From NCBI RefSeq assembly GCF_902652985.1, contig NC_047029.1, positions 27,032,001 through 27,096,000 on the forward strand: a DNA stretch of 64,000 bases, written 5' to 3'. The translations under genes and the position numbers were made by a program. The notes under the pieces were generated by a model. It was not told the DNA's origin and searched no databases. It was given only the letters and a program-made list of their open reading frames with translations. Below, in pieces: positions 51,732 through 63,489 of the stretch. Each line of letters opens with the position of its first letter. The first letter of the stretch is position 1. This DNA is from Pecten maximus. Its lineage: Eukaryota.

Positions 51732-52158
51732 GTATGGAGTCATTTTGTTCAGAATAGAATGCTTATTATCCTCTCTATCAAAAATCAGGACATGTTGTAA
51801 TGCAGCTGTCCTCCATCATTCTGTCAATCCACAAAACCATTTCCAGACAATAAATCACTCAAGTTCAAGTGGCTCGATCAAGCTCAAACTTGACAACTGC
51901 TTCTTAGTGCTTCCATGGGAGTACTTTTGGGTCAAAATTTCAAATGTCAAGGCCACTGTATTGTTAACTTGAGTTCTCGTGAATCTATCATGGGGAATAG
52001 TATCCTTCAGCAATACCTTGTTATTTAATGCCAATCAATCATTCAGCAATTAATTTTGCTGACCCGTATCTAAATTGAATGATCAATATATAGCCATCTG
52101 TCCACCAACCCTTCACAATATTTGGGGTATATCTATATACCTGTTGGTTTTGTTACAG

Positions 52159-52235
52159 TGAGGAAGCCAGGGAGTTTGTAGACATTGGTGCTCTCAATGG
52201 ACTCTTTGTCTTGGGACGTAGCATGGGATTTATTG
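52159..52235 (+). CDS. ACLY: ACLY exon 28 ([25 protein letters not shown])
   Basis: Conserved motif, AG/GT boundaries. Confidence 0.95.
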
Positions 52236-52440
52236 GTGAGTTGTCTCTCAAGTGAAAATAAGTTAGGAATTGATGTAAATACAGTGTAACAGTAATTCTT
52301 GTGTACTTCCTATATGTATCAGATTCTATATTAGACAACAAATTTGCTTCTTTTTTTTCAGTTAGACTTATAACATCCAATTAATGAATCTATAAATAAA
52401 TTCCCAGAATCGTCGATTATTTCTGCCACATGATCATTCA

Positions 52441-52620
52441 TATTTCAGACCACTGATTAGTTGTACATTCTGATTGGTTAATTTTTCGGACTACTGATTG
52501 GTTATACATTTTGATTGGTTTAAATACAAGTATCAGACCACTGATTGGTTATACATTTTGATTGGTTGATATTCCAGACCATTAATCAGTTATAAAATTT
52601 GATTCATATCATAGGCCACT
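52441..52620. repeat. degenerate ~40-48-bp repeat ending at the last-exon acceptor
   Basis: CAGACCACTGATTGGTTATACATTTTGATTGGTT, about 4 copies. Confidence 0.75.
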
Positions 52621-52733
52621 TCCTGGACCAAAAAAGACTGAAGCAAGGTCTGTACCGCCACCCATGGGACGATATCTCCTACATCATGCCCGAGACCATG
52701 GGACTGATGGGTGATCGCACAGATCATGTGTAA
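52615..52733 (+). CDS. ACLY: ACLY last coding exon ([25 protein letters not shown])
   Basis: Conserved motif; TAA at 52731-52733. Confidence 0.95.
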
Positions 52734-54193
52734 CAAACATCAACATTTAATGAGAAATATGCAAGAATCTGTTGTGTGAATAACTAAGAAGGGAACTCCT
52801 TTCAGTAATAACAAATTATTGGAAACTGAAAGTAATTTTGTACTTAAGGAAATGTGGCATGTTCTTTACACAATATGCTCTGTCTCACAGTAGATAGTGC
52901 AGTGGAAGCAGGTACAATGAGGACAATAATTAGGGACTGCTACAATCCTCTTTTATTGTAAGGTTGTTAAGTTTTAGTATTGTTTAATTCTCTGATGTTG
53001 AAATACTGAAATTTATCATCAAAACGTTCAATATTTAACAAATTCCATTTTTTACACAAAAAATCTTACATTTTTCATTTTCCTTTCGATTGTTAATGAA
53101 GTTAAGAGTCATTAACAGCCAAAATTCTGTAGTAGTTCTGCAATTAAAAAATGATGAAATGATTTTGTGCTAAAATGGGAACTGCATAAATAAGAAATTT
53201 CTATTATGATACTGTTTAAAAAATACTTTGTGATGAAAAGGCGAATTTCACAGCAAATGCTCACGTTTTGTGACAAGTATGTGTTTTAGTATTGTTATTG
53301 TTGTGTAACTATCTGTTTTGCAGACAATGTGGGAAACCGTTTTTGAGAATTGTTTTATATTGATGTCAGTTTGGTGACTAAAATGTTAAATGATAACTAA
53401 TATTATTATCGTTATGAAGTAGCAGTCATGTGACCTGTCTTGTTACAAATTCAGATGTATAATTTGTGTTACAGTTATCAACTGTATTAGACTTTGTATA
53501 GTAAAACTTGGTACATGTATATGTTCCAGGAAATCACAATCTTCGAAATATTGTCCCTCCATTTTGTGTAGGCTGTTATTTTTACAATTTTTTGTAGCTT
53601 GTCTTGAAATTGAACATTTGCAAAATTACACTGTATTTAGAGTATTTATGAGGTAATCATTTAGACCATTTATCAGATAGAAAATTAGTAACCTCTGCAG
53701 ATGGAAAAATATTTATGTGACAGATATTTGAATATTTATGTGATAACTATTTTAATATTTGAGATCATTATTTATATCTACCATATATTAAAGAACTTGG
53801 CACAATGTGGATTAGATATAAAATTGTACTACACCCAATGTATAGCATAAGAAATAAATCATTTGAATTTTGTTGTAGATCACATGACTTCTTTTTCGTC
53901 CAATCATTTTAAAGATATACAATATCTGTGTGTCTGTCTCACCTTTTCTGGTGCTTATGAAAACAAGATGGATGTTGTGCATGTACTTGGATTGTATATT
54001 TGTTTAATAACTTATTTAAGTATATAGTTTATATGTTGGGGTGATTTTTTAAGTTTGAAGGTTTAGCATCTGGTGGGAAATAAGAAGCTAGATTGTGAAT
54101 CATAATGGTATATTGAATTCATATTTGAAATTTCAATGCTGTTTTCTAAAATCAAACATTTAGCAGCAGATAACAAACAACTTATTATATCAT

Positions 54194-54199
54194 AATAAA
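54194..54199 (+). terminator. candidate ACLY polyadenylation signal
   Basis: AATAAA followed by GT-rich sequence; another AATAAA near 53833. Confidence 0.4.
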
Positions 54200-57100
54200 A
54201 GTGTGTATTGTAGTTATGAAAAGTCATGTGTCCAGTTATTTATGGTGTTTTAAGATTTGTATTTAAAGTATTCAGAGTATATGTATTTGTGACATATTTA
54301 TTTATTTCTCCTTTTTTTTTATTTAATCAGAGTGTCTCATCACAAATTCAATATCATATTCTCCCTTCTCAGGCTAGTATATTCTTCATCCAGTATTTTA
54401 TGGTGTAGACAAAATACATCTGTTGAACTGGAAGCATTTTGTGTAATCCTCTGAAACAGATACATGTTACATGTATCAAAATACAGAACCAGCCTCATTG
54501 ACACATCATTTTGACTTGATATTAATTGACACATCATTTTGACTTGATATTATTGTAAATCCATAAGAAAATTAAACAATTCCAATGTTTTTGTTCACTT
54601 TCTAAAATATCCGTCTTTGTCAAATTATGGCGAGGGTCTAGAGAGGATCTGCTTTTAAGAATCTTAAAAATATCATAAAGTTACACAAACAATAATGCAT
54701 ATGTACCCAGAAATTATTTTCTTCCAATGAAAAAATGCTCAATTTATAGAAATTTCTGGAAAAGACTATACCAGGGGTATTACAAAAATGTCACATTTTC
54801 ATTTTGAAGATTTTTATCTTTCAATAATCCATGTACACTACCGAGACTAAAAGCATTTAATATGATGACATAACGCATGCATAAAGTCCATATTAAGGGG
54901 AGGGAAGTCGTAATTGAAGCGCTACGAAAACAGATAGGCCACGTTTTTGTGAGGATATCAATAATGTTTTTTTTTATTTATCACTATATACTATACTAAT
55001 GTTTTGTTTGAAAATCATCTATTGTTTATTTTTCCCTGCATATTATTTTCTACAGAATCAGAATTTGCAATAATCAACTCTTTGTGCAATTTACTTTCAG
55101 TAATATTACATTTAAACATAGTTCTTATACAACACCTATATTCGTTCTTTAAAAATGTTAAACAACAAAAACATAACATGTGTTCCATTTACTGTGCTGA
55201 AGTTACATTAAGGACTAGGGTTAGTCCCCGAGGAAGGTGAAGTGTTCGCTCTCAATCCCTCCTTCCGAATGAGTTATATGCAGAAGCTGGAAAAATAATT
55301 TTCTATAATAGTACATCCAGGGATGTACATACATGCATCCCTTGCACATGAAATTAAGATTTAAAAAGAAAAGAAAAGGAATTACAATCAGGTTTATTTT
55401 CGACGTTAGAATTAATTCAAGGGAGATAACTATGATATATAGTCTTGTAATTGATTGAAAAAAATAGAAACTTAAATTTGTTATTAAAGGTGCGAGGGAT
55501 TTCTTCTCAAAACCTGTTTAGTGCCACTTAAGCGTGAGATCGGCATGATAAATTCCAACAGAACTGAGAAGAGATTTTTTTTATTAACACTAGTTAATGT
55601 CCTTCATTCAAACCATGAACAATTGTACTCTAGTTATTTGTGTGTATGGCATTTATATTTTACTTAATATTTTTATATTTTGTAGATTTTTTTTTTATTT
55701 TAGATTTTTTTTCATTACAAATTGTGCTTACAAAGCTTTGTCATCTTACTTTGTATTGTTTACACACATATCAAGCTTACAGGTATCATGCTCTTATCGT
55801 CTTCTTAGACTTTAGAAATAAAAATATATGCAAAAGCATTTTTAACTCATAAACAAGAACTTGTTTCTGAAGATAAATTATGTTTAGAACAGTTAACACA
55901 TAGAAGCGTCTGTGATTTGTCATGCAATACCTATATGTAGTACCCTCTAAATACACACTATCATATTGTCATTGGACCTTGGGTTGTGGGATGGTGAAAT
56001 CCCTGGCTTTATTCCACAATCCATACATCCTATTCACAAGAACTTCTGGTATGATATTCTATGAACAAACTCATTTAAGGAACTTTCAATGTCTCCTATA
56101 ATGACGAAATTCATTTAGAAACTATATATACTTTCTGGACAACTTGTCATTGTACTTCTGTGATCTCATGTAGCCCTGTGATTGACAAAGAGTCAAAATT
56201 TCCTACGGGAAGTCTTGATAAATATCAATATATAGGTATATACATACAGTATTTTGACTGCTTGCATTTCAATTAACAGGAGTTATTTGATTTAGATTGT
56301 GTTCTGGAGGTGCGAGAGTGACTTCTTTGGTCACATACAAAATGTGTAGAATTATATTTGAAAATTAAATGCAGTCATTGCTATAAGAAAACATAAACTT
56401 TGAAGACTTTGTACTCAGTCTGTACATCTCTCCACCAGGGGTAAGTTTGTCTTGTACTACCTGTCTGTAAACCACTCGTTGTACTTAGTGCTTTAAAGTA
56501 GTATGCAAAGAGGGCATTGTACAATAAAATCTGGATGAAAAGTGGTGGTTGTTGTTTTTGTTGACCCATATAGCCGACTACTCTGCATTACATTTTTACC
56601 AGTGAAATATCTAAAATTATTCATTCTACAAAACTGATGTTTTTCCTCACTTTTTCTGAATTGACCAATCAAAGCACTTCTTACAAACGACAATGGGAGA
56701 ATATTAAAGCTGTCCCCGTAGATTTTGCTATAAAATGTAATTAACAGAATATATAATGGTATCTTCAGTAATACCAAATGTATTTCATTTTTGTCAGTAA
56801 TATTTTGATATTTTTCAAGAGTGTGTTGGATATCCTTCATGTATTTAACTGATTAAGCACACTTGTCCCTACAATGGCATTGCACCATTCTGTAGAAATG
56901 TTGCTTAATTACTTCACAGTATACTGAATATTGTTTTGATAGAACTCTTAGCCAAAAGATATTCCAGAGATATATTAGGTGGAATATCGTATTGACAATA
57001 CAATGACTTGGGTATACATCACTTGTTTGTCTTCTCCTTCAAATTAGAAATTGGTAATCTATTTGTATATATATGAAGGAAAATATTTGCGGGAGAACAT

Positions 57101-57971
57101 TGTCCATGATGCTCTTCCAGACTATAACATCCATCTTCCTGAAGGTTTGGTTGTACCCTTATTAGTTCTGTACAATCAAGGTTACAGTTAGAGTTAATAT
57201 CAAATTCACTGCCAATCATATATCTTTCTTCATGTAGGTAATGAAATGTTATCTTCACATCTGTACTTAAAAGGGTAATGATCGAGGTCAAAGGTCATCC
57301 ATGTGCAAGATAGTTTTTCAGGCTATTAATCAATATCAATGTTTGGGATGTAGGTTGGTTTATATAGGAAGGAAATTGAAGTGTGCAACATTGTATATCA
57401 GTAGGCCAATGGTCAAGGTCACCCTGATGGTAAATTTCGATTTGGTTACTACAGGTTTTGCAATGAAATACAGATCCATATATAACTGTGTTGTGCGCCA
57501 TATTCAGGTCTTTCAAAAGTTATCGCATCAATATTTTGAGGTCAAATTTTAAATTCTTGTCCACAATATAACTTGATTTCCTGAAGGTAATGCTAACTAG
57601 CAAGGCTAAGTGTAAGTTATAATTTTGAGTTTTGGAGTGTCACATTTTCGAGATTTTTCGCCATTATACACGAGTCTGTCAATGCAGGGCTTTTTCTCAC
57701 TGGTTTGGAATGGGGCCTCTTTTTCTTTTTTTTTTTTTATCTCATTTTGGACAAAAAATTGGTGAGGAGGGAAAGATTGTTTAGGAGTAAACTGCAAATC
57801 TTGGACATTGCTTAAATATGAAATAATTTCAATTAGGAATGGGGCCCATTAACAGCCCCAAAAAACCCTCAGAAAAAGCCCTGCAAGGTCATCAGGTTCT
57901 ATTGGTATAGACAGTGGGTCAAGCATCAACCTGAAAAGATCACTATGACAACTTGTACTGTACATTTTTTC

Positions 57972-57977
57972 TTTAAT
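57972..57977 (-). terminator. RPL27 polyA signal ATTAAA directly after the stop codon
   Basis: Minus strand reads TAA ATTAAA G; short 3' UTRs are typical of ribosomal protein mRNAs. Confidence 0.6.
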
Positions 57978-58026
57978 TTAGAACCGCAGCTTCTGGAAAA
58001 ACCATCTGTTCTTTCCTGTCTTGTAT
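57978..58026 (-). CDS. RPL27: RPL27 last coding exon (YKTGKNRWFFQKLRF*)
   Basis: Conserved C-terminus, TAA. Confidence 0.96.
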
Positions 58027-58537
58027 CTGAAACATACAAAAACAGGAAATAGTTAAGGTTTGAAGGTATGGAAAACTTAAATTGCAAGCATACAGTCAAT
58101 TCAGACTAGAAGAACCAAATCAGCGGACTTTCCACACAAGTGACTGTTATACACGAGACTTCTATACATATCAGTGCTTAAATTAAGCAGTGTACTTGCA
58201 TGAAAAACCCATTAAAATTTACCAATTGTCCCATCATATTTTTTGAATGCATACTAATTACCCATACAATATTCAAACTATACAACCAAGTCGTTACGAG
58301 TTAACATACATGTACCTTTTAGGTACCCATGATTAAAAACAATAATTACCCAACTGTTGTCACCGCAAAGAAAATTTATCCCTCGTGTGTAAAAAATGCA
58401 AGTACACATATCCACCCATAAAAAAATATCATATGGAGCACTACATATTACACATGCTTAAAATACAAAAGTTTGCAGCTCTATTATGTACTCTCTCACT
58501 CCGCCATTTAACTTTTGATAATAATGCCAAGATTTAC

Positions 58538-58648
58538 CTCTCCTCAAATTTGGCCTTGACGTCTCGTCTGGCCTTGCGCTTGAGAGCTGGGTCCCTGAAA
58601 GCGTCCTTGTTTACAGAGGTTTTGTCTAGGTTCACATCAACGGAGTAT
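58538..58648 (-). CDS. RPL27: RPL27 coding exon 3 ([15 protein letters not shown])
   Basis: Conserved motif, AG/GT boundaries. Confidence 0.96.
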
Positions 58649-58823
58649 CTGTAAAAAAAAAACATAACTTAATATCACATAAATCCTAGACATATAGCAG
58701 GAATTTTTACTTGCAACAAAAGTGGACTTCCCTGGATAAACCTCTTCCCATCCCTCATCAGAAAATGGTCTATGTGTCGTGATATATTGCAGGAAAACTT
58801 CAACTTATTCAAATTTCATTTGA

Positions 58824-59323
58824 CAACAAGAGATCCCAGAGATCTTGGCCCCCAACATTGAATGATTTTATTCAAGACACGTCCCTCCAGTACTCTTCAA
58901 GAGATAGCGATAACAAACTTCAATTCTCAAAATCCAATTTGGCCACCTGTCAGCCTTTGTTTTTCTGACCAAAAATCAAAATTCCTTTGGCATATCTAGA
59001 GACCGAGGGCACCTACACATGAAGTTTGAGGAATATCCCTCCAGTACTTTTTATAAAATAGCGATCACAAATTTCAATTTTCAAAATTCAAGATAGCCAT
59101 TTAATGGCCATTTTATTTTTCTGATTGAAAATCAAAATCCAAATGACACAAATAGGGACCAATGGGAATATGCATGAAATTTGAGGAATATCCCTCCAGT
59201 CCTTTCCAAGAAATAGCGATAACAAGGATTGTTTACGAACGGATGGACCACGAACCAACACAGGGCACCATTAAAATAGCATAAAAATGAATAGCACCAC
59301 CATTTCATGATGGTGGGCTCAAA
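58824..59323 (-). mobile_element. HINE-like element with internal ~150-bp repeats in an RPL27 intron
   Basis: Repeated TCCCTCCAGT..ATAGCGAT units; termini match the reverse complement of the 35765 element. Confidence 0.5.
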
Positions 59324-59746
59324 GTGGGTTGTCTGAATGATTTTGAGTATCTCTCTGCTTTAACATACTTCTAGGGGCAATGATAGTCAGAATTCCTTGC
59401 TCTATGAAAATGCCAATTTTCTCTGACCTGGCAAGAGTATTGATATTTGATCTGTACACAACCTTACCTATGTATTTAAAGTAATGATAGATAAACTGAT
59501 CATTTTTTTTCCCCACCTCAGTCTTTTCTGCATTTTGCGGTCACATCGGGTTTGACAAGAGTTCACATTTAATACCGGCATTAAATTTACATCTTCTGGC
59601 AAGACATACGACATCTGCCCCTAGCAGTATATTAAAGCAGATAGATAATCAGAATAACTCAGAATAAATATTGGGCAACCCAGATGGTTACACAAACATT
59701 TTTTGCAGCCATTTCTGCAAATTGAATGCTGATAGAATCTCGATAC

Positions 59747-59916
59747 CTTGTGGGCATAAGATGGTTGTAGTTGTACACTCTCATGAATGTCTTCATCTTG
59801 GACCTATCCTTGGTCTTCTTCTTGCCCATGTCACGGGTGACCTTGCGTGGGTATCGGTCAATGCCAGCAACTAGTGCATGACCATATCCCTTCTCTTGTG
59901 TGCCATCATCGTAGTT
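59747..59916 (-). CDS. RPL27: RPL27 coding exon 2 ([26 protein letters not shown])
   Basis: Conserved motif, AG/GT boundaries. Confidence 0.96.
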
Positions 59917-61162
59917 CTGAAATAAAGCACATATTTGAAAATCATTTTAAAAGCTACTTCTAAAATATGATTTCAGTTTACACAGTCGGACATATTATTT
60001 GGATATGTTTTTTTTTTCAAACCTTCACAGTCGGACATTTTTATATAATTAAGTAATGCATTCATGTGAATGTAACATCCACTTTCAAAACCTCAAAGTT
60101 TCACTTGGTGTAATAAGTTTTTATTTCTAATTTTTTAATACAAGCTTAGATCACCTGGACACTTCAAATAAAAGAAAATAGTCCGGACAGCATGTCTTTG
60201 TACAAAGCTAACAAAAAGCAACAAACAGCTCTCTGACTAGATCCTACTCTGATGTTGCAAACTCATCCATTTTCTCAATGCCGACCCATTTTATATTCCA
60301 TACAGAACCTGTTTGATCCGTTGGGTTTTTAAATAACCTGCATTTTAGATTAAAGGCCTAAGATGACCCAGATTTGTAAGCTCTGTTTGGAAAGTTATCT
60401 ATATATACTAAATGTACTGGGTGTCATGGCTTCCATAACATTTACAAGCGAATAGGCATTGTCATAGCGAATATTTCCGCCTTAATTTTATTTTTTGTAC
60501 AGACAAATGTTTCTCATTACTTCTGTTCATTTCGAAGACATGGACTTGTCTAGTTGCAAACAATCGCTTTAGTTTCTGGGTCTGTTGAAATGCCACTGGG
60601 ATGTAGAAAAGATGGGTTTGTTCATTTTAAAAATCATTGGATACAGAATATTAGTGGTTATAACCAAGTCTAGTCAATTTGAATCTTGCAATACATATAC
60701 AGGTAACACTTCTAAACATTCATCATGGGATAAAAAGCGATTTCACCTGTTATTTAAAACTGTCAATTTGCATTGCAATCATCAGACAGCTGACAAAACT
60801 GTAAAACATTTCTATGTTTTCATAAAAAAAATTAAAATCCATTGTTCAACGAAGTAATGTTTCCAGATAGTGAGATTACAGTCAGCCATAAGTCAATAAA
60901 GCGTGACAAAATGAATAGTTGGTGTAATTGGAAGACATTATACATGTAAAATTCAGCTCAAATTTTTTAGCAATTTGTTTTCAGTTAGTGTCTATTTATA
61001 GATTTAATAACTTCGCTACTTGCAGACCTGTGGAATCGTTGACCCTTTGTTATGACGCTCAAGGGTCAAAATCTGATTTTTCATTGTCAGAGGTTGACAA
61101 CACTGCCTATTCTATATGCACTAGTACTTAAAACATTAATTTGTCCATGCTATTATAATCAC

Positions 61163-61243
61163 CTTGACGATGACAGCTTTACGGCCAGCAAATCTTCCGT
61201 TCAAGATGAGCACCACCTTCCCTTGCTTCATGAACTTGCCCAT
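61163..61243 (-). CDS. RPL27: RPL27 first coding exon ([27 protein letters not shown])
   Basis: ATG at 61243; donor AAG|gtgatt; acceptor tacag/cag at 61248 or 61245. Confidence 0.96.
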
Positions 61244-61912
61244 GGCTGCTGTAATGAAAAAAACAAACAAAAGCTGTTAATCAGTTCATCACTAATGCGA
61301 GACTAAAACTACTTGGACCATGGGAAAACTGTGTACAGTATATTGATGTCTGTTTTTCTGGTTTTCAATTTTGCCACCTAACTTGACCTAAGCAGCTTCT
61401 TTTTTACCATGTCTTTCACTAAACAATATCATGATTCATGACAAAGCCATGAATTATACTGCCCGTAATTAATTGTAATACGCTATAATGCGAAAGTCAA
61501 CGTCCAAATAATGCTAAATATTGTTATTACTAACCGGGAATATTAACTTGTTTTAACCTCCGAATTAACGGATAGAACTTCGCTTTATAATATTTCAACT
61601 AACTAGAACTATTTTTGAATTCAATTACTGCATAATGATTTTTCACGAGATAGCATACGGCAAATACCGAATATTACTTTAATCCATGTCATGTTGTCGG
61701 ACCCATACCATGGAAGAAATTCTGCGTTTCATACCATGGAAGAAATTCTGCGTTTCAGAGTGATTATTAGACTAAACAGCCCAAATTAACAGTAAATAAG
61801 CCCGGTTCTATTAAATATGATTTAATATGAATACATGAACCTGACTTGCAGTGTATTTAGATTCGTGATGATAGAGATATTAGGAGGATAGAATTTTTGA
61901 TCGGACACTTGC

Positions 61913-61970
61913 CTATGAGCAATGGCCGCTATGGTAGTAGAAAGGAAGTAGTTGTTGCGCACGGAAGTTG
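61913..61970 (-). promoter_or_regulatory. RPL27: RPL27 TCT/5'TOP initiator, ETS/GABP-like site and non-coding exon 1
   Basis: Minus-strand CTTCCTTTCT at about 61948-61939; CGGAAG at 61962-61967; exon ends at AG|GCAAGT. Confidence 0.75.
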
Positions 61971-62210
61971 AGTCTAATCACCGTGCCGGAGAAAGGGCAC
62001 ATTTTCCCGTTTTTCCATAAAAAAAAATCTGTGTTAATACCAACAATGCAGCTTTAATTTACTTACAATGCATACATATTTAAATGCTATAAAATAAATG
62101 AACCAATAGCCAGGTTCATATGGCTAAAAAGACAAGGTCTGTAGTCAGTAACGACCTTATTTGGAGTTGTCCTGCTTTGGCCGTTAACATTGGGTTTCCC
62201 ATATAATCAA

Positions 62211-62296
62211 AGGTGCCTGACTCATTTTATAAAATAATAACACAGATTTATATGTAATCTTATAAGTTGTTATTTTATAAAACGAGTCGGGCACCT
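62211..62296. repeat. inverted repeat upstream of RPL27
   Basis: AGGTGCCtGACTCaTTTTATAAAATAA ... TTATTTTATAAAAcGAGTCgGGCACCT. Confidence 0.85.
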
Positions 62297-63314
62297 GTGA
62301 TATAATCATGAGAAATATTCATTAACGTCTTACCACTCCTTGACGATATAAAACACTGAAAACACTTTACATGTTCATTTTAGCATGCTATAATAATAAT
62401 ATATACACCATAGAGTTTAAGACACAGAAACAGGGGCACAATAATATTTAAAATATCAAATGTATTATTACATACATTTATACGTAACTCCATAAGGTAA
62501 CATTTATTTGCAGGCGACACAGACGATTTCTTCAACTACCAATTCTATCACCACGTGTGTGTATATACATGTTAATCATAACATGTAAATATTATTATTT
62601 CATTTCATATTGATTTAAGGTGTTCCAGTTCCAAAGATTTATATTTGCCTTGGTATGTACATGAGAGAGGAGTTAATATAAGCTCTAAGCTTATTTTCCG
62701 ATTCCATGAAAATATTTGTATATATATATTTAGTATTTTGAGTAATGAAAAAACAATATTGTTTAAACTAAAGAGTTGCGCGGGACGGAACAATAAACAG
62801 GAAGTTCTATCACTTAATGAGTGGTTAGAGGGCATTTTAAAACCACCAACCTCATTACAAAGTCAATGTTTAATTTCTAACAGTTCGAAGATAACAAGTA
62901 ATCAATAGTTTGTCTCCAACTCATTTAACACAAAATGATATCATAATTATAAAGCCTATCAAATTTCAAAGAAATCGGTTAAACTGTAGGACGAAATTTG
63001 CTGACAATATTCAAGTGCTAGTAATAAACAAAGAGCACTCACTATATCAAACATAGTTAAATCAAAATGCCTCTCGGGGAAACACGACGATATATATTAT
63101 GCTTATAAATCCTGCAACGTTTCCAGGAAATAGGTTGAAAAATGTAGATCCACGAACAAATAATCAAATACATAATTAAACTTTGTTTAAAATAGTAGTC
63201 TGCAATCAATATTCCTTTCAAGGGAAGCACAACTACACATTATGATGGCCACAGGTACTTGTGGATATGATTATGGTGTTTTTAATCAAAATGTTACATT
63301 ATTGACGAGCAAAC

Positions 63315-63489
63315 TATTGTATTACAATCGCAAGCTTAATTTGTAAAAATATATATCGTACCTTGGCTTTATAAATACTAACAGGTAAGTAATAGATCGA
63401 AAATCTAGGTCACCGACTACTGGATTCCCTCGAGAGGGTAGGCGGTGAACTAGATTTTTATAAATTAAGCATGCGATTGTAATACAATA
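63315..63489. repeat. foldback / nested inverted repeat
   Basis: Outer arms TATTGTATTACAATCGCAaGCTTAATTTgTAAAAAT; inner arms AAAATCTAGgTCACCGaCTAC / GTAGgCGGTGAaCTAGATTTT. Confidence 0.8.

Larger units (their letters stand above)
8944..52733 (+). other. ACLY: ATP-citrate lyase gene (fused single-chain ACLY), 29 core coding exons, 1097 aa
   Basis: All exons have AG/GT boundaries with consistent phases and sum to 3294 nt. Motifs: [48 protein letters not shown] (phospho-His), [35 protein letters not shown]. Confidence 0.98.
57978..61948 (-). other. RPL27: 60S ribosomal protein L27 (eL27) gene, 5 exons, 136 aa
   Basis: Joined CDS is 81+170+111+49=411 nt: [11 protein letters not shown]...[10 protein letters not shown]...[10 protein letters not shown]...YKTGKNRWFFQKLRF*. 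Confidence 0.98.

Noticed and set aside
54226-57800. Short ORFs between ACLY and RPL27
   Set aside because: Low-complexity AT-rich frames with no domain or consistent splice structure.
58027-61912. snoRNAs in RPL27 introns (hairpins near 58090-58150, 59520-59625, 60190-60325, 61025-61075)
   Set aside because: I could not find a convincing C/D pair with terminal stem or a complete H/ACA architecture by eye; an Infernal/Rfam search of the minus strand is needed.
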